In this document: piece after piece, positions 20,118 to 29,123 of the stretch
Position numbering within the stretch: position 1 is the first letter of the stretch
Layout: each line of letters opens with the position of its first letter
DNA from: Minisyncoccia bacterium
GTDB lineage: Bacteria > Patescibacteriota > Minisyncoccia > Phycocordibacterales > DATDWN01
Length of the DNA stretch: 64,000 nt
Direction: 5' to 3'
Assembly: GCA_049297675.1 (NCBI GenBank)
Contig: JBAQUS010000015.1
Span: forward strand, 65,414-129,413
Notes under the pieces: generated by a model
What the model was told of the DNA's origin: nothing
Databases searched by the model: none
What the model saw: the letters and a program-made list of their open reading frames with translations, nothing else
Position numbers and translations under genes: made by a program

Positions 20118-21905
20118 CTACTTCTTAAACCTTTTTGCTTGGAGATTATATAGCTCTGCATACTTACCCTTTTGTTTCATTAATTCTTTGTGATTTCCAT
20201 CTTCGATTAATTTTCCATTATCTAAAACAAATATTTTGTCACAAGCAGATATTGTAGAAAAATCGTGAGAAATAAGTATAGCCGTTCTATCCTTTGGCAG
20301 ACTTTCGATCGAATCAAATATTTTTGACTCTGACTCAGCATCCACAGATGCAGTCGGCTCATCCAATACCATAACAAAACCATCACGATAAAGCACTTTA
20401 GCGATTGAAAGTTTCTGTCTTTGACCCTTGGATGGTTCTTTTCCACCAAACTCTACACCCAGCTGTTGGTCGTATTTACCCTCCCAGTCCATAATAAACT
20501 CGTGGGATTGACTTATCTTTCCTGCCTCAACTACTTTGGTCAGGTTACTAGGTTTGTCTGGTCTGCCTATAGCAATGGCATCCTCCACCTTGAAGTCATA
20601 GCTTGCATAGTCCTGAAACATTACAGCTAAATATGACCACCATTCAGTTGTCGACACATCCTTCAAATCAACCCCGTTTACAAGTATCCTGCCTTCCGTT
20701 GGGTCATAAATTCGACAAAGAAGTTTAACTAATGTCGTTTTCCCAGCCCCGTTGTTACCGACTAAACCTATATTATCTCCCGCCTTGAAAGTCAGATTCA
20801 CGTTTCTCAAACTCCACTTATCCGAATTTTGATATTTAAAACTGACGTTTTCAAAAGCAATTTCTGGTGCAGACAAAAGTGATAGTTTTTCTGGATTTTT
20901 CGGTTCTATTATTATAGGCGAGGTTTCAACAACTTTTTTAATATCCCCAACAATAAGTGCATCCTCATACTGTACAGAAATATCAACAAATAAATTGTTA
21001 ATTGACTGAGTTACCCTAGTTAAGACTCCTAACATATATACTATGCTACCTACTTGTGATTGACCATCAATCACACCCCTCACAACAATATATAATCCAC
21101 CTGTCATACCGAGAAAGGCTAATATATCCCCAATTGATGCAATCCAAACCCTGCTTCTTTCATTATTTGTTTGTTTACTATTAAAATCAAGGTAGATACT
21201 TCTCATCCAATTAAAGAGTTTGGTTTTGGACTGTAAAAGCTTGGTCTCTACTAAGTAATTTTTGCCAATAAAATGTTGTCTTAAATCCCCAAGTCTTCTA
21301 TGGCTCGGGGAGTCCTTCGCCCAAATACTCCATCCTCTCCCCGCAAACTTTATATCAATAAAAAATGTTGGGATAGCAGATGCAATGACAATTAAGTAAA
21401 CAACGTAGTTAAACTGCAAAACCAAAAATGTGCCGACTATAAAACTTACCAAGTCCCACAGGAAATTGAATTGTCCTTCAGTCAAATTGTATATTGGTGC
21501 CATACCACTTCGAAATGACCTTTGCATCAAATCTTGAAAAGAGGGATTCTCGTAGTTGGCTATGTCTACTCTTTCTCTACTAGCTAGAATGGAAAGTTCA
21601 GTTTCCATTGAAAATCTGAGTCGCCATTGTCTTACAAGGTATCTCCTAATATTGCTCAATATATGAGGTAAAACATTTGCACCAGAATATAAAAAAAGCA
21701 AAAAAACTACATTTGTATATACACCATTCTCTATACCTGAAACTATAGTGTCAACAAGTTTACCTAAAACATATGAACTTCCATATGGAACAACTGATGT
21801 AATAGCAAAAAACAAACCTATTATAACTGTTATTTTGGGTACAAACCTGAATGCATAACCAAGAGAAAACTTCACACTTTGAAAATATTCCTTTATATTT
21901 TTCAT
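20118..21905 (-). CDS. ABC exporter, fused transmembrane domain plus ATPase (MsbA/type I exporter fold)
   Basis: 6-TM N-terminal domain; Walker A GNNGAGKTT; degenerate signature SKGQRQK; Walker B VMVLDEPTASVD; H-loop ILISHD. Confidence 0.85.
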   Translation of the reverse strand: MKNIKEYFQSVKFSLGYAFRFVPKITVIIGLFFAITSVVPYGSSYVLGKLVDTIVSGIENGVYTNVVFLLFLYSGANVLPHILSNIRRYLVRQWRLRFSMETELSILASRERVDIANYENPSFQDLMQRSFRSGMAPIYNLTEGQFNFLWDLVSFIVGTFLVLQFNYVVYLIVIASAIPTFFIDIKFAGRGWSIWAKDSPSHRRLGDLRQHFIGKNYLVETKLLQSKTKLFNWMRSIYLDFNSKQTNNERSRVWIASIGDILAFLGMTGGLYIVVRGVIDGQSQVGSIVYMLGVLTRVTQSINNLFVDISVQYEDALIVGDIKKVVETSPIIIEPKNPEKLSLLSAPEIAFENVSFKYQNSDKWSLRNVNLTFKAGDNIGLVGNNGAGKTTLVKLLCRIYDPTEGRILVNGVDLKDVSTTEWWSYLAVMFQDYASYDFKVEDAIAIGRPDKPSNLTKVVEAGKISQSHEFIMDWEGKYDQQLGVEFGGKEPSKGQRQKLSIAKVLYRDGFVMVLDEPTASVDAESESKIFDSIESLPKDRTAILISHDFSTISACDKIFVLDNGKLIEDGNHKELMKQKGKYAELYNLQAKRFKK

Positions 21906-21971
21906 TACTAATTATTACTAATTACTCAACTACTTATTCTTAAATTCTCCAGAATTTAAGAATAAGTGACT

Positions 21972-22964
21972 TTAGTATAGTTTAACTCCAATAGCTTCTC
22001 TTATCTCTTCCATTTTCTTTTCTGCCTTAGCTTTTGCTCTACTGCCACCATCTTTTATTATATCTAGTACGTAGTCAGTATCGTGAGAGAGTTGTTCTCT
22101 TTTATCTCTAAGTGGAGAAATAAAAGCTTTTAAATCAGTTATTAACGCATCTTTTAGATTTTTGTACCTACCTTTATTTTCTTCATATAGTGGAGTGAGC
22201 TGTTCATCTGATTTAAATAGTTTGTGCATTGCGTAAACATTTTCAGGTCGATCACCTGATGAATCTGTCACAATAGACATCACTGCCTTCTCTATTTCTA
22301 TGTCTGTAGCAAAAAGTGGGATCGTGTTTCCATAACTTTTACTCATTTTTCTGCCATCTGTCCCAGGTACTACAGCTACCTCCGAAAGAATCTTCGCTTC
22401 TGGCAATTTGAACACATCCTTTTTGAAAATGAAATTAAACTTCTGTGCAGTGTCACGAGCATATTCAACATGTTGCTTTTGATCCTGACCGACTGGGACT
22501 ACATCAGCATCGTATATGAGAATGTCGGAGGCCATAAGCATAGGATAATTAAACGTTCCAACACTTATTTCTTTAGCATTAGCTTCTGCATCCTTGTAGG
22601 CGTGTGCTCTCTGCAAATATGGAACAGTAGTAATTGTGTCAAAAATCCAAGTTAGTTCTGTATGCTCTGGTACGTCAGATTGTTTGAAAATAATGGACTT
22701 TTTTGGATCTAAACCAAGGGCTAAGTAATCAAGTGATAAATCCAATATCTCTTTCTTCATCTCATCTCTATTTTGAATGAAATTCAAAGCGTGATAATCC
22801 GCAATCATGTAAATTGCATTGTACTCATCCTGCATTTCCACGAATTGCCTCATAGCCCCAAAATAATTCCCAATATGAGGTCTCCCCGTCGGCTTTACTC
22901 CAGAAAGTAGTGTCTTTTTGTTCATCCCGTTAGAGATAGCAGTAATCAACTTACTGTTTATCAA
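21972..22964 (-). CDS. trpS: Tryptophanyl-tRNA synthetase
   Basis: HIGH-type motif GVKPTGRPHIGNY and KMSKS (GRKMSKSYGN); 330 aa. Confidence 0.9.
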   Translation of the reverse strand: MINSKLITAISNGMNKKTLLSGVKPTGRPHIGNYFGAMRQFVEMQDEYNAIYMIADYHALNFIQNRDEMKKEILDLSLDYLALGLDPKKSIIFKQSDVPEHTELTWIFDTITTVPYLQRAHAYKDAEANAKEISVGTFNYPMLMASDILIYDADVVPVGQDQKQHVEYARDTAQKFNFIFKKDVFKLPEAKILSEVAVVPGTDGRKMSKSYGNTIPLFATDIEIEKAVMSIVTDSSGDRPENVYAMHKLFKSDEQLTPLYEENKGRYKNLKDALITDLKAFISPLRDKREQLSHDTDYVLDIIKDGGSRAKAKAEKKMEEIREAIGVKLY

Positions 22965-23051
22965 AATAAAGTTTAATAATAATATTTGCCCGGTAGACCA
23001 GACTGTCTGAAATCTCTAACGGGATTAATAGTACATTATACCAAATTTGAG

Positions 23052-23744
23052 TTATTTTTCCATATAGCAAATCCAGAAGTTTCTTTTGTACGAGCGATTG
23101 TTCATTTTGGAATAGCTCGATTTTTTCTCTAAATATAGAATCTTGAAATATTTATCATACGTTTTAATAAAATCCTCCCTTGACCAAACTCTCTCGGTTA
23201 CACCTAGATCAGGCAGTATATATGTATCCTTTTCTTGACCTGGACAAGTTTTCAGAAGATGTTTAGCATTTAGATCGCCATCTTTGCACATGGCCTTAAC
23301 AAAAAAATATCCTTGAGACCTCAAAACTCTGCTTGTCTCTGACAAACAGACCTCTCTCTCATTTTCGTTCAATGAATTCGACGAAGTCACGTCCAAAACA
23401 ATATCAACCGACTCATCCACTACATAAAATCTTTCACCAATATTTTTCTTATCATACGATATATCGTATGATAAGCCATCTATTTTTTTAAAATTTTCTT
23501 TAGCAATTGTAATAGCAGTTTGAGAGATTTCAAATCCGACCACTTTAGATCCAAGTTCTGCAAAATAAAAAGAGTTTCTGCCAGTTCCAGACCCAAGGTC
23601 TAAAACGCTTTTGTGCTCGAGGTCAACCTTCTCCGTTTTCCTAAGCCACCTCACAAAACGCACCACATCCGCCTGTGGCTTGTTTTCCAAAGTCAAAAGC
23701 TTTGACCTTTTATATTCCCTATCCCACTCTTTTTCCTGCGACAT
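23052..23744 (-). CDS. Class I SAM-dependent methyltransferase (small-molecule/TehB-like)
   Basis: Motif I VLDLGSGTGRNSFYFAELGSKVVGFE is followed by an acidic beta2 end. 230 aa. Confidence 0.75.
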   Translation of the reverse strand: MSQEKEWDREYKRSKLLTLENKPQADVVRFVRWLRKTEKVDLEHKSVLDLGSGTGRNSFYFAELGSKVVGFEISQTAITIAKENFKKIDGLSYDISYDKKNIGERFYVVDESVDIVLDVTSSNSLNENEREVCLSETSRVLRSQGYFFVKAMCKDGDLNAKHLLKTCPGQEKDTYILPDLGVTERVWSREDFIKTYDKYFKILYLEKKSSYSKMNNRSYKRNFWICYMEK

Positions 23745-23784
23745 TGTAGTGTTAATTAATTAGACTAAATGAAATTCATACCAC

Positions 23785-23828
23785 ATATCAACATTCTAAC
23801 ATTCTCAAGAATGTTAGAATGTTGATAT
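23785..23828. promoter_or_regulatory. Perfect 21-bp-arm palindrome (atatcaacattctaacattct-ca-agaatgttagaatgttgatat) overlapping the 3' end of the ArsR-like gene and upstream of the methyltransferase gene
   Basis: Read directly. It shares the core caacattctcaagaatgttg with the palindrome at 24093..24126. Confidence 0.45.
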
Positions 23829-24080
23829 AAATTTTACAAATTTTTGTCCATATGGTGAAAGTGAATGGACAACAAACCTACCGATATATTTCTTATTGAT
23901 TAAGCCTGCTTGTACTAGCCTTCTGGTATGTTCAGAAACAGTTTTTATATTTTTCTCTAAGCTATCAGATATATCCTCAAGGGTTTTGTCACTTGTCTTA
24001 TTAAGTAAAATTAAAATCGAAATCCTAATATGATTTGCCGATCCTTTAAAGTACCTTTCTAGTTGCTTTGGTGTTTTCAT
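23814..24080 (-). CDS. ArsR/SmtB-family winged-helix transcriptional regulator (88 aa)
   Basis: ANHIRISILILLNKTSDKTLEDISDSL...TVSEHTRRLVQAGLI matches the ArsR HTH and recognition-helix pattern. Confidence 0.6.
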   Translation of the reverse strand: MKTPKQLERYFKGSANHIRISILILLNKTSDKTLEDISDSLEKNIKTVSEHTRRLVQAGLINKKYIGRFVVHSLSPYGQKFVKFISTF

Positions 24081-24092
24081 TATATTAATTAA

Positions 24093-24126
24093 TACATTCC
24101 AACATTCTCAAGAATGTTGGAATGTA
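24093..24126. promoter_or_regulatory. 16-bp-arm palindrome (tacattccaacattct-ca-agaatgttggaatgta), 13 nt upstream of the ArsR-like start codon; candidate autoregulatory operator
   Basis: Read directly. The core is identical to the palindrome at 23785..23828. Confidence 0.45.
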
Positions 24127-24174
24127 ATAATACTACAAGAGAGCAAATCTAGCAACCTAAAATTACAATTAGAA

Positions 24175-24621
24175 CTACTTACTCAAGGTTATTATTTTTT
24201 GTATCAAGGTGTACCTATAGTTACCTACAATCTTATGATCAGCATTAGGCACGATAATTAATGAGTTTTTGCACTTCAATGTTTTTCTAACACGTTTCGT
24301 ATTTTTAACAATCCATATTTCCTTACTTCCAACAATAAAAATAATATTCCTGGCTATGACATTTTTAAGAGTTTCAACCATTGGTGTGAGTGAACAAATA
24401 ATTAGAGTATCAATCCTATGTTTAATTGCGTATTCACATGCAAGTACTGCACCCATTGAAAATCCTATAAGAATGTCAGGTTTATTAATTTTTGGACTAA
24501 TTTTCTCAGTATTCCAGTCTACATCTAAAACTTCAAGAAATTTAAACAGTGTTTTGTAGTTTTTTGGTTTCTCGCCTAAGCCCGGAATGAATTGAATTTT
24601 ACTATTTTTTATACTTTGCAT
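24175..24621 (-). CDS. Small alpha/beta-hydrolase fold protein (GFSMG nucleophile elbow)
   Basis: ILIGFSMGAVLA contains the GxSxG motif. 148 aa, 5 nt downstream of the histidine kinase gene. Confidence 0.55.
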   Translation of the reverse strand: MQSIKNSKIQFIPGLGEKPKNYKTLFKFLEVLDVDWNTEKISPKINKPDILIGFSMGAVLACEYAIKHRIDTLIICSLTPMVETLKNVIARNIIFIVGSKEIWIVKNTKRVRKTLKCKNSLIIVPNADHKIVGNYRYTLIQKIITLSK

Positions 24622-24626
24622 AGAAA

Positions 24627-26219
24627 TTAAGTTTTAGGGAGTTCCATGTAGAAGACCGAGCCTTTGCCACGACCACCGGATTCGGCCCAGACACGGCCTT
24701 TGTGAGCGTCAACGACACCTTTAACGAAAGCTAGGCCGTAACCAGTGGAATTTACATTAAATTTCAAGGACTCTGAGCCTCTGCCTCCCGACTTGAACAG
24801 ACTATTCTTATCCGATGTAGTTAATCCAACACCAGTATCAGTTATAGTTAGTTTTATGGCGTACTTGTCAAAACTTAGGTTTACAACAATGCTACCACTT
24901 AGTGTGTAAGTAATTGAGTTATCTATTAGGTTTCTGGTTGCTTCGCTTAGTTGTCTATGATCTCCATTTAGATTGTAATCTCCTTCATCTACTTTTAGTT
25001 CAAACTTTAGACTCTTTTGCTCTGCTTTACCTCTCTCTCTTTCAAACTCCTCCTCCAAAACTTTCCTGTAGTCAAATAACTTCATATCATATAAGAGACT
25101 TCCACTTTCAGCCGATGTGCCTTTCAAAATATTCTGAACATAGTCAATACCCATATTTGTCTCTTCAAGACCTTTTTCTAAAAGTGGCAAGGCCTCCCTT
25201 GGCATAACTCCATAGTCCTCAGTCATGAGCTCAGCAAAAATATTCTTGGCATTACCAAACCTGCCCTTGACCTGATGATTCATAAAATGCATCAAACTGA
25301 CCTGCCCTTCATTGGCTCTCTTCAAATCCCCCGCCAATTTCTCAATCTGCTCTCTCTGCTTAACCTCCTTTATTACACTTCGGATAATAAATATTCCGAT
25401 AATTACTGTAGCGAGAAGAATTATTCCATTTGTTATCTGATCCGTCAGAGTTTGCGAAACAAGTGTTCTAACTAAAATAACTATCCATAGTACAAAAGTA
25501 GAGATTTCTGTTGCAACTACTTTCATATTAAACAAATGAAACCTGCTAATTGAATATCCGATCGAAGTTACCATAATAAATGAGAAAAGTGGTCCTAGCC
25601 AAATTTGGCTATAATCTCCTATTGCTGGAAGAATCAAATTAAATATCATTCCAAATATGAAACCTACAGCAGTTCCTATCAGAATAAATTTAAGCTGATT
25701 AATTTTATCCGAATTTTTAGCGTTGATGTATGACTTAAATAAATTTATATATGCAATAACTACAAGAATCACAAAAAATAGCGAATAAACAAAATAACTT
25801 CCATAATTCAAATCAACATCCTTACTGTCACCAGTAATAAATATCTCTTTTATTAAGTAGTTTTTATCAAATGCTAGACCGAGTGACAATAAAAAAATTG
25901 GCACAAAAAGAAACGGTACATACCTGGACAAAGATTTGTTTTGATTTGGAAAAACAAGAGTAAAATAGAGAAAAAAAGTAGGTATTCCAGCAGCAGCAAT
26001 GTAGTAAGTGTTTGCTATAATTAGTGCCCTATCTAAGTCATTCTCAAGAATAAATAGTGCCAGTCCAAGAGCCCAAAAAGCGGCAAAAAGTACAAACATT
26101 GAGTATACGAAGTTAGTCCTGTCTCGCTTACCAAACATAACAAATAGGCTTAGTATAGAATTAACTACCGCTGTTATAAATAATAATGTTACTTCAATTG
26201 GCATATTATTTTCTTGCAA
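24627..26219 (-). CDS. Sensor histidine kinase with N-terminal 7-TM sensor domain and C-terminal HATPase; atypical H-box; no response regulator in the window
   Basis: N-box RNLIDNSITYT; G2-box STGYGLAFVKGVVDAHKGRVWAESGG. The putative H-box reads SLMHFMNHQVKGRF rather than HELRTPL. Confidence 0.75.
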   Translation of the reverse strand: MQENNMPIEVTLLFITAVVNSILSLFVMFGKRDRTNFVYSMFVLFAAFWALGLALFILENDLDRALIIANTYYIAAAGIPTFFLYFTLVFPNQNKSLSRYVPFLFVPIFLLSLGLAFDKNYLIKEIFITGDSKDVDLNYGSYFVYSLFFVILVVIAYINLFKSYINAKNSDKINQLKFILIGTAVGFIFGMIFNLILPAIGDYSQIWLGPLFSFIMVTSIGYSISRFHLFNMKVVATEISTFVLWIVILVRTLVSQTLTDQITNGIILLATVIIGIFIIRSVIKEVKQREQIEKLAGDLKRANEGQVSLMHFMNHQVKGRFGNAKNIFAELMTEDYGVMPREALPLLEKGLEETNMGIDYVQNILKGTSAESGSLLYDMKLFDYRKVLEEEFERERGKAEQKSLKFELKVDEGDYNLNGDHRQLSEATRNLIDNSITYTLSGSIVVNLSFDKYAIKLTITDTGVGLTTSDKNSLFKSGGRGSESLKFNVNSTGYGLAFVKGVVDAHKGRVWAESGGRGKGSVFYMELPKT

Positions 26220-27108
26220 CTACTAAACCATGGATTTTGAGAGGCTCATAGAATGCCCTAATATTATTGTACTCAAATCCTGAATTTTTTACTAACTCAG
26301 CAAGCTTTACTGGGTCTTTATATATCATTGGCCAATCTATTACTTTTGTAACAAATTCCTCCTCCGAATTATGCACAACATTTGAGGTGATCAGTATTCC
26401 CCCTGGTTGCATAATCTTATGAATTCCCGTGAAAATTTCCTGAGTTTTCTCATCAGTGAAGTAGTCTAGCAATCCAACAATTTCTACAATATCAAATTTA
26501 TTAGTTGGCGCCATACGTAGAAAATTGTTTACAGAATCATGTACCCAGTTTAACTTTATTGATGAATGGTTTATTGATTCCGATAAATTCTTACTATATT
26601 TTATCGCACTCTCATTCTTATCCAAAAAAGTGATTGACAGTCTTGTCTTTTCAATATAATCGCCGTTTTTAACTACCTCAATTATAGACCTAGATGAGCC
26701 GGATGCAATACTTATTATCTCTATTTCTCTATAGTGTTTAGATATTAAGTCTAAATGGTTTTTAATCTCTCTTTTAACAAACTTCAGTCTATTTCTGACT
26801 GCCTTCGAGTTGTTAATGTTAAACCACACATACTTAAAAAACCTATCTGGAAGACTCTTCAACGAAAACATATCTCCATTGCTATATAAAACTTCTAATG
26901 CTTTGTGAGTTGTGGCATAGTCAATCACAACAGATGCAGAATTACTCGTCTTTTTTATTATGTGCTTAAATCCTTTTGGCAAAGAATTTAAAATGGGAAT
27001 AAATATATGATTAAACATTGATCTAGCGAATGTGTTTGTCTCCAAACCCAAACTCTGATCAAAATCAACTTCAGCAGATATCGGCTGATCAATATATTCC
27101 TTTTTCAT
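26206..27108 (-). CDS. Methyltransferase-like protein (class I SAM-MTase fold, degenerate motif I); overlaps the HK start by 14 nt
   Basis: IISIASGSSRS (motif I-like), FLDKNE (acidic beta2), FDIVEIVGLLDYF (motif II), MQPGGILITSN (motif III). Confidence 0.5.
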   Translation of the reverse strand: MKKEYIDQPISAEVDFDQSLGLETNTFARSMFNHIFIPILNSLPKGFKHIIKKTSNSASVVIDYATTHKALEVLYSNGDMFSLKSLPDRFFKYVWFNINNSKAVRNRLKFVKREIKNHLDLISKHYREIEIISIASGSSRSIIEVVKNGDYIEKTRLSITFLDKNESAIKYSKNLSESINHSSIKLNWVHDSVNNFLRMAPTNKFDIVEIVGLLDYFTDEKTQEIFTGIHKIMQPGGILITSNVVHNSEEEFVTKVIDWPMIYKDPVKLAELVKNSGFEYNNIRAFYEPLKIHGLVVARK

Positions 27109-27152
27109 TTATAGACCCAATTATATCAGTTTATGATAAAAAAGAAAAATTA

Positions 27153-27884
27153 TTATTTTTTCAAGTATCTTCTTCTTTTCTTTTCCGAAAATCTCTCTGT
27201 AGCATAGCGGAGAGTAGTACGAGGTAGGAGCTTTATATTTTTTTTGAGGAATTTTTCTAAAGTGGGTTGGGATTTCTTGCCGACTTCGCGAAGCATCCAG
27301 CCGACTGCCTTATGAATAAGGTCGTGCTTGTCAGATAGCAAAATTTCTGAAATCTTCAATGTGTCCTCAAATTGACCTACCCTTATTAATGCAATTGTGG
27401 AAACAATAGCTATTCTTCTCTCCCACAGATTTTTAGATTTAGCCAATCTATATAAGACTTCTCTACTTGGAAGCCGAGCTTCCAAGTAAGATTTTAGGAG
27501 GTAATCACCTAGTATGTATGGGGAAGAAGAGTCGACTAAGTCCCAGTTGTTCACTCCTTTTGTGTTTTTCAAATAAAATTTAACTATTTTATTTTTTTCA
27601 TCTTGACTAGTTTTTTTATATTGCTCCACTAGTATGAGTAGTGCTGTCAGGCGACACTCGTGAACCTTACTTTTCAGAAGTTTCTGAATCTCGGGTAGTG
27701 GCAAATCTTCATATTTCTTGGCAACTCTTCTCTGCTCAGGAACAGTCACACCAAAAAAGATATCCCCATAACCATACTGCCCTTTACCTGTCTTAAAAAA
27801 CCACGCTGAAGCTTTGGCTTTCTTTTTTGTGGCAAGTTTTTTCAAGTCCTTTATTACCGAATCTGAAATCATCATATTTGTCAT
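27153..27884 (-). CDS. DNA alkylation repair protein (AlkC/AlkD-like HEAT-repeat DNA glycosylase family)
   Basis: NNWDLVDSS is the hallmark of the DNA_alkylation family, with the repeated helical repeat pattern. The start was moved to MTNMMISDS, preceded by TATAAT. Confidence 0.65.
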   Translation of the reverse strand: MTNMMISDSVIKDLKKLATKKKAKASAWFFKTGKGQYGYGDIFFGVTVPEQRRVAKKYEDLPLPEIQKLLKSKVHECRLTALLILVEQYKKTSQDEKNKIVKFYLKNTKGVNNWDLVDSSSPYILGDYLLKSYLEARLPSREVLYRLAKSKNLWERRIAIVSTIALIRVGQFEDTLKISEILLSDKHDLIHKAVGWMLREVGKKSQPTLEKFLKKNIKLLPRTTLRYATERFSEKKRRRYLKK

Positions 27885-27949
27885 TATAACAAAAGCGCCA
27901 CACCGAGATACCCGGTGCGGGCCTTTGGTGTGGCAAGACTTGTGATTTT

Positions 27950-28486
27950 TTAGCTGACTACCCCTTTCCTGCTTTTCATCCAACGAGTAACAGCATTATT
28001 GTGACAATTAATTGCAATGTATGATGGAAGAACTTCAATCCCTTCGTAATTCCCCGAGCAGGTCACGATCATACTCCCTTCTTTCTTACCAAACAAATAT
28101 AGGTTGTTGTGGGGTGATCTGACTTGAAATTTCCGGCTACCTGGACGCAAAGATTGGAGAAGTTCACCCATTTTTGCTCTTGCAAAAGTGTCAAACGAGC
28201 GAAACCACCTTCTCCTATCTCCACTACTTAGTTCATAGTGAATGACAGCTTTCCGTATATTCCACGGTTCCGTAAAATCTGGAGCGACGACTACAACATG
28301 ACACATGAAAGGAACTTCAGTGTTGGCGTAACTTTCCTCTAAACGCCGGACAAAGTGCACGACATAATAAGATACTTCAAATTCCATGACAAGTTCTGGA
28401 TGCAGAGGTACTACTGTTTGCATAACCAACTCCTTTGTTGGACGAAGCTCTATGTGCAATCTACAACTTTCATACACCAATGTCAA
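27950..28486 (-). CDS. Hypothetical protein, 178 aa, compositionally atypical (GC about 48% vs about 35% background), own terminator hairpin
   Basis: No family recognised. An 8-bp GC stem (gccacacc...ggtgtggc) plus T-run follows it on the minus strand. A 24-codon hydrophobic mini-ORF (MKRYTQLSVFIFVFALAVNIVWGT) lies upstream at ~28580-28654 (+). Confidence 0.5.
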   Translation of the reverse strand: MTLVYESCRLHIELRPTKELVMQTVVPLHPELVMEFEVSYYVVHFVRRLEESYANTEVPFMCHVVVVAPDFTEPWNIRKAVIHYELSSGDRRRWFRSFDTFARAKMGELLQSLRPGSRKFQVRSPHNNLYLFGKKEGSMIVTCSGNYEGIEVLPSYIAINCHNNAVTRWMKSRKGVVS

Positions 28487-28675
28487 TCTTTTACTTAAAA
28501 TTTTGTGAGGAGTAAAATATAAGCATTACTAGTAACCGGAGTCCGTCCACTCTTTAGAGAAGCTGGATTCTAAAAGAAAATGAAGAGATACACGCAACTT
28601 TCTGTATTTATCTTTGTTTTTGCTCTAGCAGTAAATATCGTCTGGGGCACATAGGTTAAGCTAGGTATGGAAAAC

Positions 28676-28712
28676 AAAAAATGACCTTTCTAACCAATCG
28701 GTCATTTTTTGT
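28676..28712. terminator. Bidirectional intrinsic terminator (aaaaaatgacc...ggtcatttttt)
   Basis: Hairpin with flanking A/T runs, read directly. Confidence 0.55.
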
Positions 28713-28719
28713 ACACACT

Positions 28720-29103
28720 TTATTTCTTACTAAATGATTTATAGAGAATTAGTATTAGTGAAATTATTAATAATCCAATTGCCATTATTAATAAGATAGT
28801 TTTTTTATAAAAAAACGATAGATCAGATCTATTAATTGGAGAAACCATTATTAGCAGAAGACTTAGTAGTACCCAATAGCTAATAAATTTTCCTAACACA
28901 GCATATACGTCATCTTTTAGTAAATAAGTAAATAGTGAGATAACTAAGAGTGGTAAAAAAATTAAAAGTGGATAAGCTATTATTTCACACACTTGATAAC
29001 CTAAATAACAACTATCTCCTTTCGATATATAACCAAAATATAATGAAATTATACTAAGTAAAAGTGAAATTAATACTAGTTTTATTCTTGTAAGCCAAAT
29101 CAT
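28720..29103 (-). CDS. Small membrane protein (about 4 TM), hypothetical
   Basis: 127 aa, entirely hydrophobic helices, directly downstream of the giant secreted protein gene. Confidence 0.5.
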   Translation of the reverse strand: MIWLTRIKLVLISLLLSIISLYFGYISKGDSCYLGYQVCEIIAYPLLIFLPLLVISLFTYLLKDDVYAVLGKFISYWVLLSLLLIMVSPINRSDLSFFYKKTILLIMAIGLLIISLILILYKSFSKK

Positions 29104-29123
29104 ATTTTGTAATTATAGAACAT

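Noticed and set aside
20222-20630. Short ORFs (69-75 aa) inside the ABC exporter gene on both strands
   Set aside because: They are fully nested within a confidently assigned 595-aa ABC transporter CDS, with no RBS or conserved motifs.
22965-23051. Possible T-box riboswitch upstream of trpS
   Set aside because: The leader is only about 85 nt, and neither the T-box consensus AATTAGGGTGGNACCGCG nor a specifier/antiterminator architecture is present.
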